A stretch of DNA of 34,099 nucleotides from Deltaproteobacteria bacterium TL4 (GTDB lineage Bacteria; SAR324; NAC60-12), in contig JBBCAX010000154.1 in assembly GCA_051382335.1 (NCBI GenBank), positions 1 through 34,099 of the forward strand, in the 5' to 3' direction. The notes below the pieces were generated by a model. It was not told where the DNA came from. It made no database searches and saw only the letters and a list, made by a program, of their open reading frames with translations. A program made the translations under genes and the position numbers. Positions 9,201 to 16,930 of the stretch are shown in pieces. Each line of letters begins with the position of its first letter. The first letter of the stretch is position 1.

Positions 9201-10756
9201 ATCCTTTCCATAATGCCGTTATAGAGCAAATCAAAAAGTAGAATATTCTGAAAGTTCTTTTGAAAATACTTATTGATTGCAGGCTTTTTTAGTAAATCCA
9301 GAACGGTTGGGTTATTACGATTATAACTATAAGCCTCGACAGAGACCGTTTGCAGATATTCATAAAGCTGAATTAAATTCTCGCTGGCGTCACCTTTCCA
9401 ATAGTTATAAAGGTACAGCAAGATCTCCCCCGTCAATTCTCCGACTAATCTCTCATAATTTTCTTCAGGATCTCCCATAAAAAAGCGGATGATTTTCCCT
9501 CGTTCTTTTTCGCGTTCTTCAACGGCGTCCAGGAATAACCGGTATTTCCTGTAAATCGTGTCGACGTAACGTATTTCCAAGGGCGTATTGAGCCATTTTT
9601 CGAACTTGTTTTTCCGTTCAGACGCCAGTCTCTGCTGCAACATGCCTTGGGGAATTTTAAAATTACTCAAACGGGAATAACCGGAAATGGATCGACTGCT
9701 TAAACGGTGACGAAGTTTTAGATAGCGTAAAAAACGGTTCACACTTCCAAAAATGTTCAACATGCCTGTCGGCGTCTTATCAGAAATCCGGTTCTCCTCC
9801 AGGAGCAATTCTGAAGGATTCAGGTAGTGGTTAATGTTTTCCTGATAATGTTCAAAAAACGCGTCATTTTCTGCCAGAAAAACTTTGGAGTTTTCTTCAA
9901 TACATTCAACAGCGCTCAAAATCGCTTCTTTCAAATTGGCTAACAAATGGGGTTCTTCAGGCGTGTAGTTGATGATCCCATCAAAATATCCCTGCGCGCA
10001 AAGCTCATAAGAGGAAATTCCAATATACTTGGCGCATTCCTGCCAGGAAAGGTTATGTTTTCTGGCTATATTGCTGAGCCCTTTAGGATGAATGGTATTA
10101 AAAACACCGTTTTTGAGAGAGAGTAAGATATTGGTGGAGGCTAAAGGAATCGCGCCTCCGCTATAGCCATGTCCCCAGACAATACCAACGCTTGGAAGCT
10201 GAAGGTTTGCCATTTCCGCGATAAAATACGAAATACTGTGGGATTGATTATTTAAATTGGCTTCTGCGTCCGCCGCGGCTCCGGGAGTATCCATAAAGGT
10301 GATGAGGGGCATTCCATGAGACGCAAAAAAACGTGCTTTTTCCGCGGCGCGGTGATGATGTCCCGCCCCCCACACGCCTGAGAGGACTTTACGATTCTGT
10401 GCGATAAACCCAAGACGTCGTGTTCTCCCATTGGTGATGAATTCAACCTCTGCCATGTAAAGCGAACCGCACGCCTCTTCGTCGATCATCCGACCTCCAA
10501 GTTGAGGGATTATTTCAGCGGCACTCATGCGCGTAGGGTTTTCCGTAGGGGATACGGTTTGTTGAATGTATTCATCGACATCCAGTTCACTTAACAGTTT
10601 TATCTGTTTTTTAATTTCTTCTTCTTTTACAAGACCTTTCAGCGAAGATTGATCAAAATACTTGGGGCGCTTATCGGGGAGAAAGGATAAATCATTTGAA
10701 ATCGCTTCGGCCTGTAAAAAAAGCGATTGGTTTTTCTTCAACGGTCGGTTACTCAT
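6212..10756 (-). CDS. Single-chain multidomain acyl-CoA (acetyl-CoA-type) carboxylase: CTalpha-linker-CTbeta-biotin carboxylase-BCCP
   Basis: AccA-like PLITFMDTPG...GHGYSGGA; AccD-like DPVQFPG...SSGGMQTKEG...GGAQASF; BC motifs HPGIGFLSE, IKAAHGGGGKG, RDCSIQR, EMNTRLQVEH; BCCP ESMKV and GDLLF. Confidence 0.92.
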   Translation of the reverse strand: MSNRPLKKNQSLFLQAEAISNDLSFLPDKRPKYFDQSSLKGLVKEEEIKKQIKLLSELDVDEYIQQTVSPTENPTRMSAAEIIPQLGGRMIDEEACGSLYMAEVEFITNGRTRRLGFIAQNRKVLSGVWGAGHHHRAAEKARFFASHGMPLITFMDTPGAAADAEANLNNQSHSISYFIAEMANLQLPSVGIVWGHGYSGGAIPLASTNILLSLKNGVFNTIHPKGLSNIARKHNLSWQECAKYIGISSYELCAQGYFDGIINYTPEEPHLLANLKEAILSAVECIEENSKVFLAENDAFFEHYQENINHYLNPSELLLEENRISDKTPTGMLNIFGSVNRFLRYLKLRHRLSSRSISGYSRLSNFKIPQGMLQQRLASERKNKFEKWLNTPLEIRYVDTIYRKYRLFLDAVEEREKERGKIIRFFMGDPEENYERLVGELTGEILLYLYNYWKGDASENLIQLYEYLQTVSVEAYSYNRNNPTVLDLLKKPAINKYFQKNFQNILLFDLLYNGIMERMITIAEELKGTNQISQASVEILFEDAFERAMQELKTSSFKVEDKEIRQRFFKWLVSFIAKQNCDQIMRNISDWKQVLFPRLSPPLFAVVSYYFSGLLTALYRAQNHEADFYGKITPRNIGIKDFWNRLDRAYKDLLIQQMLNEYKQQKTITHQMIIDQFFEDFREFYADRMTADPVQFPGFRTSIEQALDQGIAPCGAITGIATYHDGTMRNRVGLVISNTQFQAGAFDMASCEKVCKLLTQCASQKLPVIMFISSGGMQTKEGPGALFSMAVMNDRITRFVKDRDLPIICFGFRDCMGGAQASFMTHILAHSYYFSGTMMSFAGQLVVESHLPMNAILSNYLSTNSGSMAGLVHNPFDENIDARLSQIDAEIPIARLTVQTVISKILAGEYKPPVQLEDSQQKKEPDDQHFHLNKIESVLIHARGCTAARLIQAAHDSEIHVVLVQSDPDMDGYPAKLLNEKDRLVCIGGNSPQDSYLNGMSVIRVAEQENVDAIHPGIGFLSESSAYARICRSHGFNFVGPKVLSMNLMGNKSNAIATATRLQIPVVPGSEGVLTDPMHALSIADEIGFPVLIKAAHGGGGKGICVVHERRDFVSIFSRMSREAFNAFGNGDLYLEKFITSMRHLEVQFLRDTHKNAKTLGVRDCSIQRNFQKIIEETAYEVPPKIMKDLERYTKKLIHDIDYIGAGTAEFIFDCNEHKIYFMEMNTRLQVEHPVSEMVTGIDLVRKQFEIAEGHSIKNLKIPQNGHAIEWRINAERVELVPEGTLAFLPDPGKITELFLPEEQYVRVITSVETNSVVSPFYDSMLVQIIAWGINREEAIQRLLEYLGRVRVHGISSNQALMQMILNDEMFINGDYDTNFLKGFLKRIKPADLIKKTKEFSGNSTPPLDSEGIQIPGSKELKVLSPRMGNFFRSNGPAERPFVEEGKEIDTKSTLCLLESMKVFSTISLGTFKSGDGENLYNAPRYQVKRVMAENGQTVSQGDLLFVVEPSSSS

Positions 10757-10946
10757 GCTGTCATTTCCTTCATCGCTAGATGATTAAACTGATTTGGAAG
10801 ATCCTGGTTTGTGACTAGTTAGTCGCTGTCGCTTAATAGGTATTAGCCTTGAGGTATTAGGGATAACGTTCTTTGAGGGTTTTTTCCTAATACCTAAAAG
10901 CTATTTCGTGACCGCGAATATTTGGGTTCATGTTGGCCTCATTTGA

Positions 10947-12866
10947 TCATTCGCGCATGAAGACTTCGGGGAATTCTTCATACCCTAGTGAAGGCGAACT
11001 GATTGGAAATAATAAACGGTTTTCTGAAACAGATCTCTGTGCCTTGAAGATAGGGTCATTTTTGTAATTGAATTGTTTTAGGTAATATAAGGCTTTTTCC
11101 GGATTACTCAGTTGTTGAAAAATTATTATGAGACGATTCAAAAAGATGCTTTTCAAAGAATGCTCCATTCCTATCACACTTTCCAGCAGTTCTCGAGCTT
11201 CTTCCCATTTATTTTGACGAATATATAACAGGCTGAGCGCATCAATCAGTTCCAAGTGATCCGGAAAGCGTTCGAGTCCTTGTCGATATACCTTTTGAGC
11301 TTCTTCTTCATTATTTTGGTAGCGGTACATGTCTCCGATCAAACGGTGAATATACCCTTGACCTTCCTTCTTTTCCAGAAAGACCTTGCTCTCCGCCGTT
11401 TCCTTTTGAAATCGACCTAACCGATTCAAGGTCATGGTATGTAAATAATAACTTTCCCAACTGGAGGGATATTTCTGACGTAATTTTTCTGTCAAGGACA
11501 AAACTTTGTTGTAATCTCCCTGGAGATAGAGCACTCGGGCCAGCGAAAATTGAACCAGATCACTGTCAGACAAAACAAGAAGCTGCCGGAGGAGACTTTC
11601 GGCTTTTAAATATTTTTCCTGAATTACGTAGAGATCCGCCTCTAAGCGACGTACTTCCATATTTAAGGGGTCTTTGGCCAAAAGTTGTTGGACTTGCTGT
11701 TCTACGTAAACAATGTCTCCTTTCATTAACTGTCTGCGTAATGAAAGAAGCTGAAAAGCAAGATTAAAAGAGTCCTGTTCCAAGGCTCGATTTAGAGCTA
11801 AATCCCCTTCAAGAAAGTTATTTTGTTTGTAGAAGATCGTCGCCTGTAAATAATAAGCTTCCGGATTCTTGCTATTGACCTCTAACCCACGGGATAACCA
11901 CAGCATGGCTTGCTCCATTTCATCAGCTTGCAGGTGTAACATGGCCAGTTCATTCATCGCATTGATATTCAGCGCGTCTTTTTCAATAATTTGTAACAAG
12001 AGTTGATTGGCTTTGTCGCTCTCTTTACGTTCCAGTAAGATATGGGCATGAATCAACTGCTCTTCAACCCGCAGTTGATTCTGTTTTTCGAGCAGCATAA
12101 TCTGTTCAACCGCGTCAGTCCACTGATGTTGTACGAATAAAACCCGGATCAGTTCCCGTCGGGCCTGAGGTCGTTCCGGAGCCGCGTTGATGAGATCCTG
12201 CGCAAGTGTTTTTGCGTGAAAATAACTTCCCTGCTCGGTATAAATACGAATTTGCAGCAACGCCGCTTCTTGATTATCAGGTTCTAATACCAAAACACGA
12301 TTAATGGACTGCAAGGCATTTTCAAAGGCCCTCCGGTTAAGACTGATCCGGGCCAAGTGATAGAGCGCTTCAACATACCGGGGTTCTTTTTGAAGAACTT
12401 CATCCAGGGAGGCGATGGCCGACTCAGCTTCTCCAATTTTTTCATAAGTCAAGGCCAGTTTCAGGTAGACGGACAGCAATTCCGGACTAATCCGGATGGC
12501 CGAGCTAAAGGCGTTTAAGGCATCACCATAACGTTGCTGCTGAAAAGAAATATCTCCCAGTAACTCAAAATACGCGGGTCTGAGCGGAGATAATTGATTG
12601 GCGATTCGAATGTGTGTTTCCGCTTTGGCGTAAGATTTTTCCTTATAATAGGCCGCGGCCAGTTGAAAATGAACCACAGGATCGTTGGGGTTGGATCTTA
12701 AATTTTTTTCTTGTGCCAAAATATATTCGCTGAGGTTGGTGTTCTCCAAGATCAGTCCCGCTTGTTCCGTGGAGCCTCCTGAGCACCCAAACCCCGTAAA
12801 AATTATGGTGATTACCAAGAATCTGCTCACCCGCTGCCGGCTGCTTGCCCGTGTCCATACTTTCAT
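10947..12866 (-). CDS. Tetratricopeptide-repeat lipoprotein
   Basis: Hydrophobic signal ending GFGC; many TPR-type helical repeats (e.g. YFELLGDISFQQQRYGDALNAFSSAIRISPE). Confidence 0.85.
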   Translation of the reverse strand: MKVWTRASSRQRVSRFLVITIIFTGFGCSGGSTEQAGLILENTNLSEYILAQEKNLRSNPNDPVVHFQLAAAYYKEKSYAKAETHIRIANQLSPLRPAYFELLGDISFQQQRYGDALNAFSSAIRISPELLSVYLKLALTYEKIGEAESAIASLDEVLQKEPRYVEALYHLARISLNRRAFENALQSINRVLVLEPDNQEAALLQIRIYTEQGSYFHAKTLAQDLINAAPERPQARRELIRVLFVQHQWTDAVEQIMLLEKQNQLRVEEQLIHAHILLERKESDKANQLLLQIIEKDALNINAMNELAMLHLQADEMEQAMLWLSRGLEVNSKNPEAYYLQATIFYKQNNFLEGDLALNRALEQDSFNLAFQLLSLRRQLMKGDIVYVEQQVQQLLAKDPLNMEVRRLEADLYVIQEKYLKAESLLRQLLVLSDSDLVQFSLARVLYLQGDYNKVLSLTEKLRQKYPSSWESYYLHTMTLNRLGRFQKETAESKVFLEKKEGQGYIHRLIGDMYRYQNNEEEAQKVYRQGLERFPDHLELIDALSLLYIRQNKWEEARELLESVIGMEHSLKSIFLNRLIIIFQQLSNPEKALYYLKQFNYKNDPIFKAQRSVSENRLLFPISSPSLGYEEFPEVFMRE

Positions 12867-12911
12867 GACTAACTCATTGATCTAAGAAATGTTGTTCATT
12901 GGTGTGACGCC

Positions 12912-13841
12912 TTACAAAGGGGTGGAAGGCACCGAGGGTTCCAGAGAAACAGGGATGATAATGGCTTTCGACGGAGAACTTTCGTTACCTTGAGCGTCAA
13001 CAAGCCTTAAGTGGTAAAGATGGTTATTATTTTGCTGTTGATAATACTCAATAAAAGATCTTCTGAAAGGAAGTCTCTTTTTAGGACCGTCTATTGGCCG
13101 TGGAGACACGTCCTGAGGCAAAATAAAAAAACCGTCCTTAATTTTTGCTTTGAAGGGCTGTTCAGGCCAAGGATAGCCTTGTCTTGTTTTATATAAATTC
13201 ACAGCATAATACAACGAATTTTTTAGCATTTCCTCGCCCGTATTAAATCGCAACACCGCTTTTTCAACGACAGGAACCCATGAAATCATAAACATCGGTA
13301 CCTGATGGAGATCCGAAGACAAACCTGGCAAAAACACAGTTTGCAACCGTTTCAAATGCTTTGAATCCACCAGCCTGATCTGGGGTGCGGGCGCTTTGGG
13401 AAATTCAACAAACCCCTTGAATTGAACCTCTTGTTCCAGGCCTAACGTTTTACCTTCCTTCGTTTGATGCGCGATAGTAAAGTAATGGACGGAGGTATCT
13501 TTATGAATCTGTGGAGGATAATTAAAAACGTGAAGACCTGAGATCTCAAAATGCTGTGAAGGAAAAGGCAGTGTATAAAAACGAAGGGGTTCCGGAGTGC
13601 ACTCCAAACACGTTTTACGCACAACCCGCTCTTGGATGAAAAACCTTTCAACCCCCAGCGTTTCAGGAATAGGTTTGATCATTTCCCAAGATAATCGGAC
13701 TTTCCCCCCTCGTTGCTGAACTTGCAGGTTATGAAAAGTCTTCTCCACTTCAATAATAGGGCTGGGACTGGTCCGATATCCACATGAGGCAAAACTGAGC
13801 ATCAGCAGTAATGACAAGAAAATCCCAAGTTGTTTCATCAT
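12912..13841 (-). CDS. Putative lipoprotein with beta-sandwich (FN3-like) segments
   Basis: MMKQLGIFLSLLLMLSFASC lipoprotein signal, CGYRTSPSP, VRLSW and C-terminal VDAQGNESSPS. The start at 13841 fits better than the called 13940. Confidence 0.65.
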   Translation of the reverse strand: MMKQLGIFLSLLLMLSFASCGYRTSPSPIIEVEKTFHNLQVQQRGGKVRLSWEMIKPIPETLGVERFFIQERVVRKTCLECTPEPLRFYTLPFPSQHFEISGLHVFNYPPQIHKDTSVHYFTIAHQTKEGKTLGLEQEVQFKGFVEFPKAPAPQIRLVDSKHLKRLQTVFLPGLSSDLHQVPMFMISWVPVVEKAVLRFNTGEEMLKNSLYYAVNLYKTRQGYPWPEQPFKAKIKDGFFILPQDVSPRPIDGPKKRLPFRRSFIEYYQQQNNNHLYHLRLVDAQGNESSPSKAIIIPVSLEPSVPSTPL

Positions 13842-14224
13842 GAAAACCTTTCTCGAGGGTACAGCGAATTTTTCTATGCTTTTAAACCTATCCATAAAAA
13901 TCTTCAATCCGTTTTTTAGCGCATGATGATTTTCATTCATCCCCTTTTGCAGGCGCTGGCGGATGAAGGTGAATGAAGACGCCTAAATGCGCTTTGACTC
14001 TCTAAAAACAAAATTTTACTAAAAAATTTTAAAATTAAGGAGAACATCTCTTGCGAACCTTCGTCTGAATGTGTAATAATCATAGAAAGATACCAAATAA
14101 AAAGGGAATTCATTTTCCCAGACAGTCCCGCGTCTTGATTTAAGAACGTAAGCGAAATCTCTAAACCGTTGTTTTGAGCGTTCCAAGGGGATGATTAAAG
14201 AATTCTTATAGCAAAAGAGGGATA

Positions 14225-14842
14225 ATGGAAAATAAGCGTACAGCATATGGGATGATCGCATGGATGGGCTTGATCTTCTTGCTGTTGAGTTGCGGACTTG
14301 ATGAGACGCAAAAAAAAGATTGTAGAGATAACCTTTATGAAGTAGGTAAAGCCTTTTGTTCTGAACGAAAGGCAAAAACCGTTCAAAACGAAGCCGTGCA
14401 TGAAATTGTGGGCTCATGGAACCAAATTTCAGGATTTGCTATTGACTCAGGTTGCGGGTTGGTCCGTGAATTTGAAAAAAATGGCGCTTTTTATTTACGA
14501 ACCTGGCTCAGTAAGGATCAAAACAAGGTAACCATTGATTCCACATCAGGAACGTATCTCACAAAAAAGGCTTTTGTCACCACCATGAAAGATGGAAAAG
14601 AAGTAATCACCTCAAGACGCTATCTTCTGGTATCCGAATACAGTGGCTGGGATGAGAAAACAGGGTGTTCCAAAGGTGAAGGCAATGGCTTGGTCGGTAC
14701 TCAGTCCCAAGCTTATATTGAATTTTCTCAAGATCTCAATGCGGATGGCTCGGTCACAGATTCAATGAATGTTTACGAAAACGCAACTGGAGGCAAACCC
14801 CGGTCGGTTTTTCATAGAGGTGAAGAAGCCACGACAGAATAA
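14225..14842 (+). CDS. Hypothetical lipoprotein (possible lipocalin-like barrel)
   Basis: GAGG RBS, lipobox LLLSC, IVGSW motif. Confidence 0.65.
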   Translation: MENKRTAYGMIAWMGLIFLLLSCGLDETQKKDCRDNLYEVGKAFCSERKAKTVQNEAVHEIVGSWNQISGFAIDSGCGLVREFEKNGAFYLRTWLSKDQNKVTIDSTSGTYLTKKAFVTTMKDGKEVITSRRYLLVSEYSGWDEKTGCSKGEGNGLVGTQSQAYIEFSQDLNADGSVTDSMNVYENATGGKPRSVFHRGEEATTE

Positions 14843-14931
14843 GAAAGCTTCTTCTATCCCGACGTGCTGCGTTCATCCAGTTGTGCCTGTAGCCGTGTTG
14901 AATCTATCGTGTTTCGGAAAAGTATTTTGAG

Positions 14932-14985
14932 CTGAGAGCGCAGGCGTCCCGCCTGCTTTTGCGGGCAGGATGCCCGCATTCCCAG
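14932..14985. repeat. REP doublet (two inverted palindromic units)
   Basis: CTGAGAGCGCAGGCGTCCCGCCTGC-TTTT-GCGGGCAGGATGCCCGCATTCCCAG; each half is a hairpin and the halves are imperfect inverted copies. Confidence 0.75.
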
Positions 14986-15012
14986 GAAAGACTTATCTAT
15001 TATTTGTAACTG

Positions 15013-16713
15013 TTGTTTGAAATGAGAATGTCCATGATCGATTTCAGGAAACTAGTTTACCTCCTTTTTGCGGTGTTGCTCCTTTGCCTCACCAGTGGTT
15101 GTCAGTCCAAGGAAAAAGCCGCGGAAAAAATCCCGGCAACAACACCTGAAGTTACCCTCAGTAACGGCTTTGAGCTGGATGACGGAAGTGTTTTTTATGC
15201 GCCGGAAGAAGTAGAGTATGAGTTATCCGCTTCAAAAATGGCGGTCGTTACAGGGGCTTTTAAAGGAGTGACCCTGCATGATAAGACACAGCAAATGTCA
15301 GGGTTTGTCTCAAGAATCAAAGACCTTTCCGAAGATCCCTTGAATACAGGTGCCCTGGTTGATGCGTCGGGAGACGAACTGAACTTTGACAATATTCGTG
15401 AACGAATGACTAAAAAACTCGAAGAGCAAGAATCGATTAAAGAAGTGAGAGGGGTCGCTGTCTCATCAGGCGCGGAAGAAGAAACCATCTTGGACAGTGT
15501 TGGCGGTAATTTTTCTGTCACCACCACGGTTCCGCTAAGTCCAAGCGCGTTATCCGCATTGATTCTGAAAACCATTGGTGTTCATGAACCCGGGGGTAAA
15601 GCGGATAATATCCCGGAGCTGGACAGTAATTTGCTAACAACAGATTTCCGCATGGATTTGGCCATTCTCTATAAAAACAATGAAAACGTCTTTTTGATTG
15701 TTGCCCTAACCACCGATGAACTTTACGAATCCCTGCAAGGCACCATGAACGCGACGGCAAATGTCTTTAATATCGTTGCTCCCGGTTCCTACTTAAAAGC
15801 CGGTGCGGATGAATATACGGCACGTGAACCTGTGACGAATGCTGATTTTTTGGTTGTCATTGATCATTCAGGGAGTATGTTTGAAGAACAGGAATCCATT
15901 GCGAAAAACGCGGCGGCCTTTTTTGATAAGCTGGAAAGCGCGGGCTTTACCTTTAACCTTGGTGTGATTACGACAGGCCCCCAACAAGACAAAGACGGAA
16001 ACATTATCCAGGGCACTCAACTTCGAGGGGAAGGGTTCACTAATTCAAAAGCTTCTTTTCAAAACGCGATTAAAGCGGGAACAACGGGTTCTCCTTCTGA
16101 ATCTGGAATTTTCCACGCGGAGCAGGCTCTAAAAGAAACAGGTTTGGATGAGAAGGGGAAACTTGATCCTAATATTGACAAAGGCAGCGTTGTGACTGCG
16201 GGCTATCCTCGAGCTGGCGCACAGTTGTCGGTCTTGCTGATCAGCGATGAACCCGACCAATACACGTCTTATAGCGATGAGTCGAGACCCTTCAACTTTT
16301 CGAATAATGTTTTTACCGAAAAAGGTTATATTGTCCATGCCATTGTTGCGGACCCAGATTCGGGCTGTTCAGGTGACGGCGGTTCAGCAGGCGGAACCCC
16401 TGACTATAAAACTCTGACACGAAACACAGGGGGAACCTTTGGAAATATTTGTCAGTCCGACTATAGCGCAACGTTAGATATGATTGTCCAACAAGCGGGA
16501 GGCAACTCTTATTCTATCAGCATAGGACGCGCGATCTACTCCCAAATCAAAGTGTCGGTTAACGGCAAAAACGTTTTGAGGAGTTCCACCAATGGATTTC
16601 TCTACAATTCCAATACCCGGAATATTTCTTTTTTAGGTAACGCTGTTCCCACCAAAGGGAGTAAAATTGCAGTTTCTTACACGTATCCCGCCTTGAATCT
16701 TGCCGCACCTTAA
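15013..16713 (+). CDS. von Willebrand factor A domain lipoprotein (start may be ATG 15022, 15028 or 15034)
   Basis: Signal ending LTSGC; MIDAS motif VIDHSGSM, LGVITT and ISDE; C-terminal GFLYNSNTRNISF...P.KGSKIAVSY module. Confidence 0.8.
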   Translation: MFEMRMSMIDFRKLVYLLFAVLLLCLTSGCQSKEKAAEKIPATTPEVTLSNGFELDDGSVFYAPEEVEYELSASKMAVVTGAFKGVTLHDKTQQMSGFVSRIKDLSEDPLNTGALVDASGDELNFDNIRERMTKKLEEQESIKEVRGVAVSSGAEEETILDSVGGNFSVTTTVPLSPSALSALILKTIGVHEPGGKADNIPELDSNLLTTDFRMDLAILYKNNENVFLIVALTTDELYESLQGTMNATANVFNIVAPGSYLKAGADEYTAREPVTNADFLVVIDHSGSMFEEQESIAKNAAAFFDKLESAGFTFNLGVITTGPQQDKDGNIIQGTQLRGEGFTNSKASFQNAIKAGTTGSPSESGIFHAEQALKETGLDEKGKLDPNIDKGSVVTAGYPRAGAQLSVLLISDEPDQYTSYSDESRPFNFSNNVFTEKGYIVHAIVADPDSGCSGDGGSAGGTPDYKTLTRNTGGTFGNICQSDYSATLDMIVQQAGGNSYSISIGRAIYSQIKVSVNGKNVLRSSTNGFLYNSNTRNISFLGNAVPTKGSKIAVSYTYPALNLAAP

Positions 16714-16817
16714 ACATTGCCACCCAGAACAGCTTTTTTGTCGGAATGAAAAATGGACGCTGTCGAAAATAAGACGTTCGCTGCTTAGGTCGGAGTAAGC
16801 GAAGCGTCCAAACCGGA

Positions 16818-16840
16818 GTTCCCACGCGAGGCTTGGGAAC
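16818..16840. repeat. REP-like palindrome (GTTCCCA...TGGGAAC type), degenerate
   Basis: GTTCCCACGCGAGGCTTGGGAAC, preceded by GCGAAGCGTCC. Confidence 0.55.
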
Positions 16841-16930
16841 CCTATAAAATTCCAATCATGACCCATTCCGCGTAGCGGTGACTTGTGGAATGGGTTTTCA
16901 CTCTTGAAAACACTTTGCGATAGTACCCCA

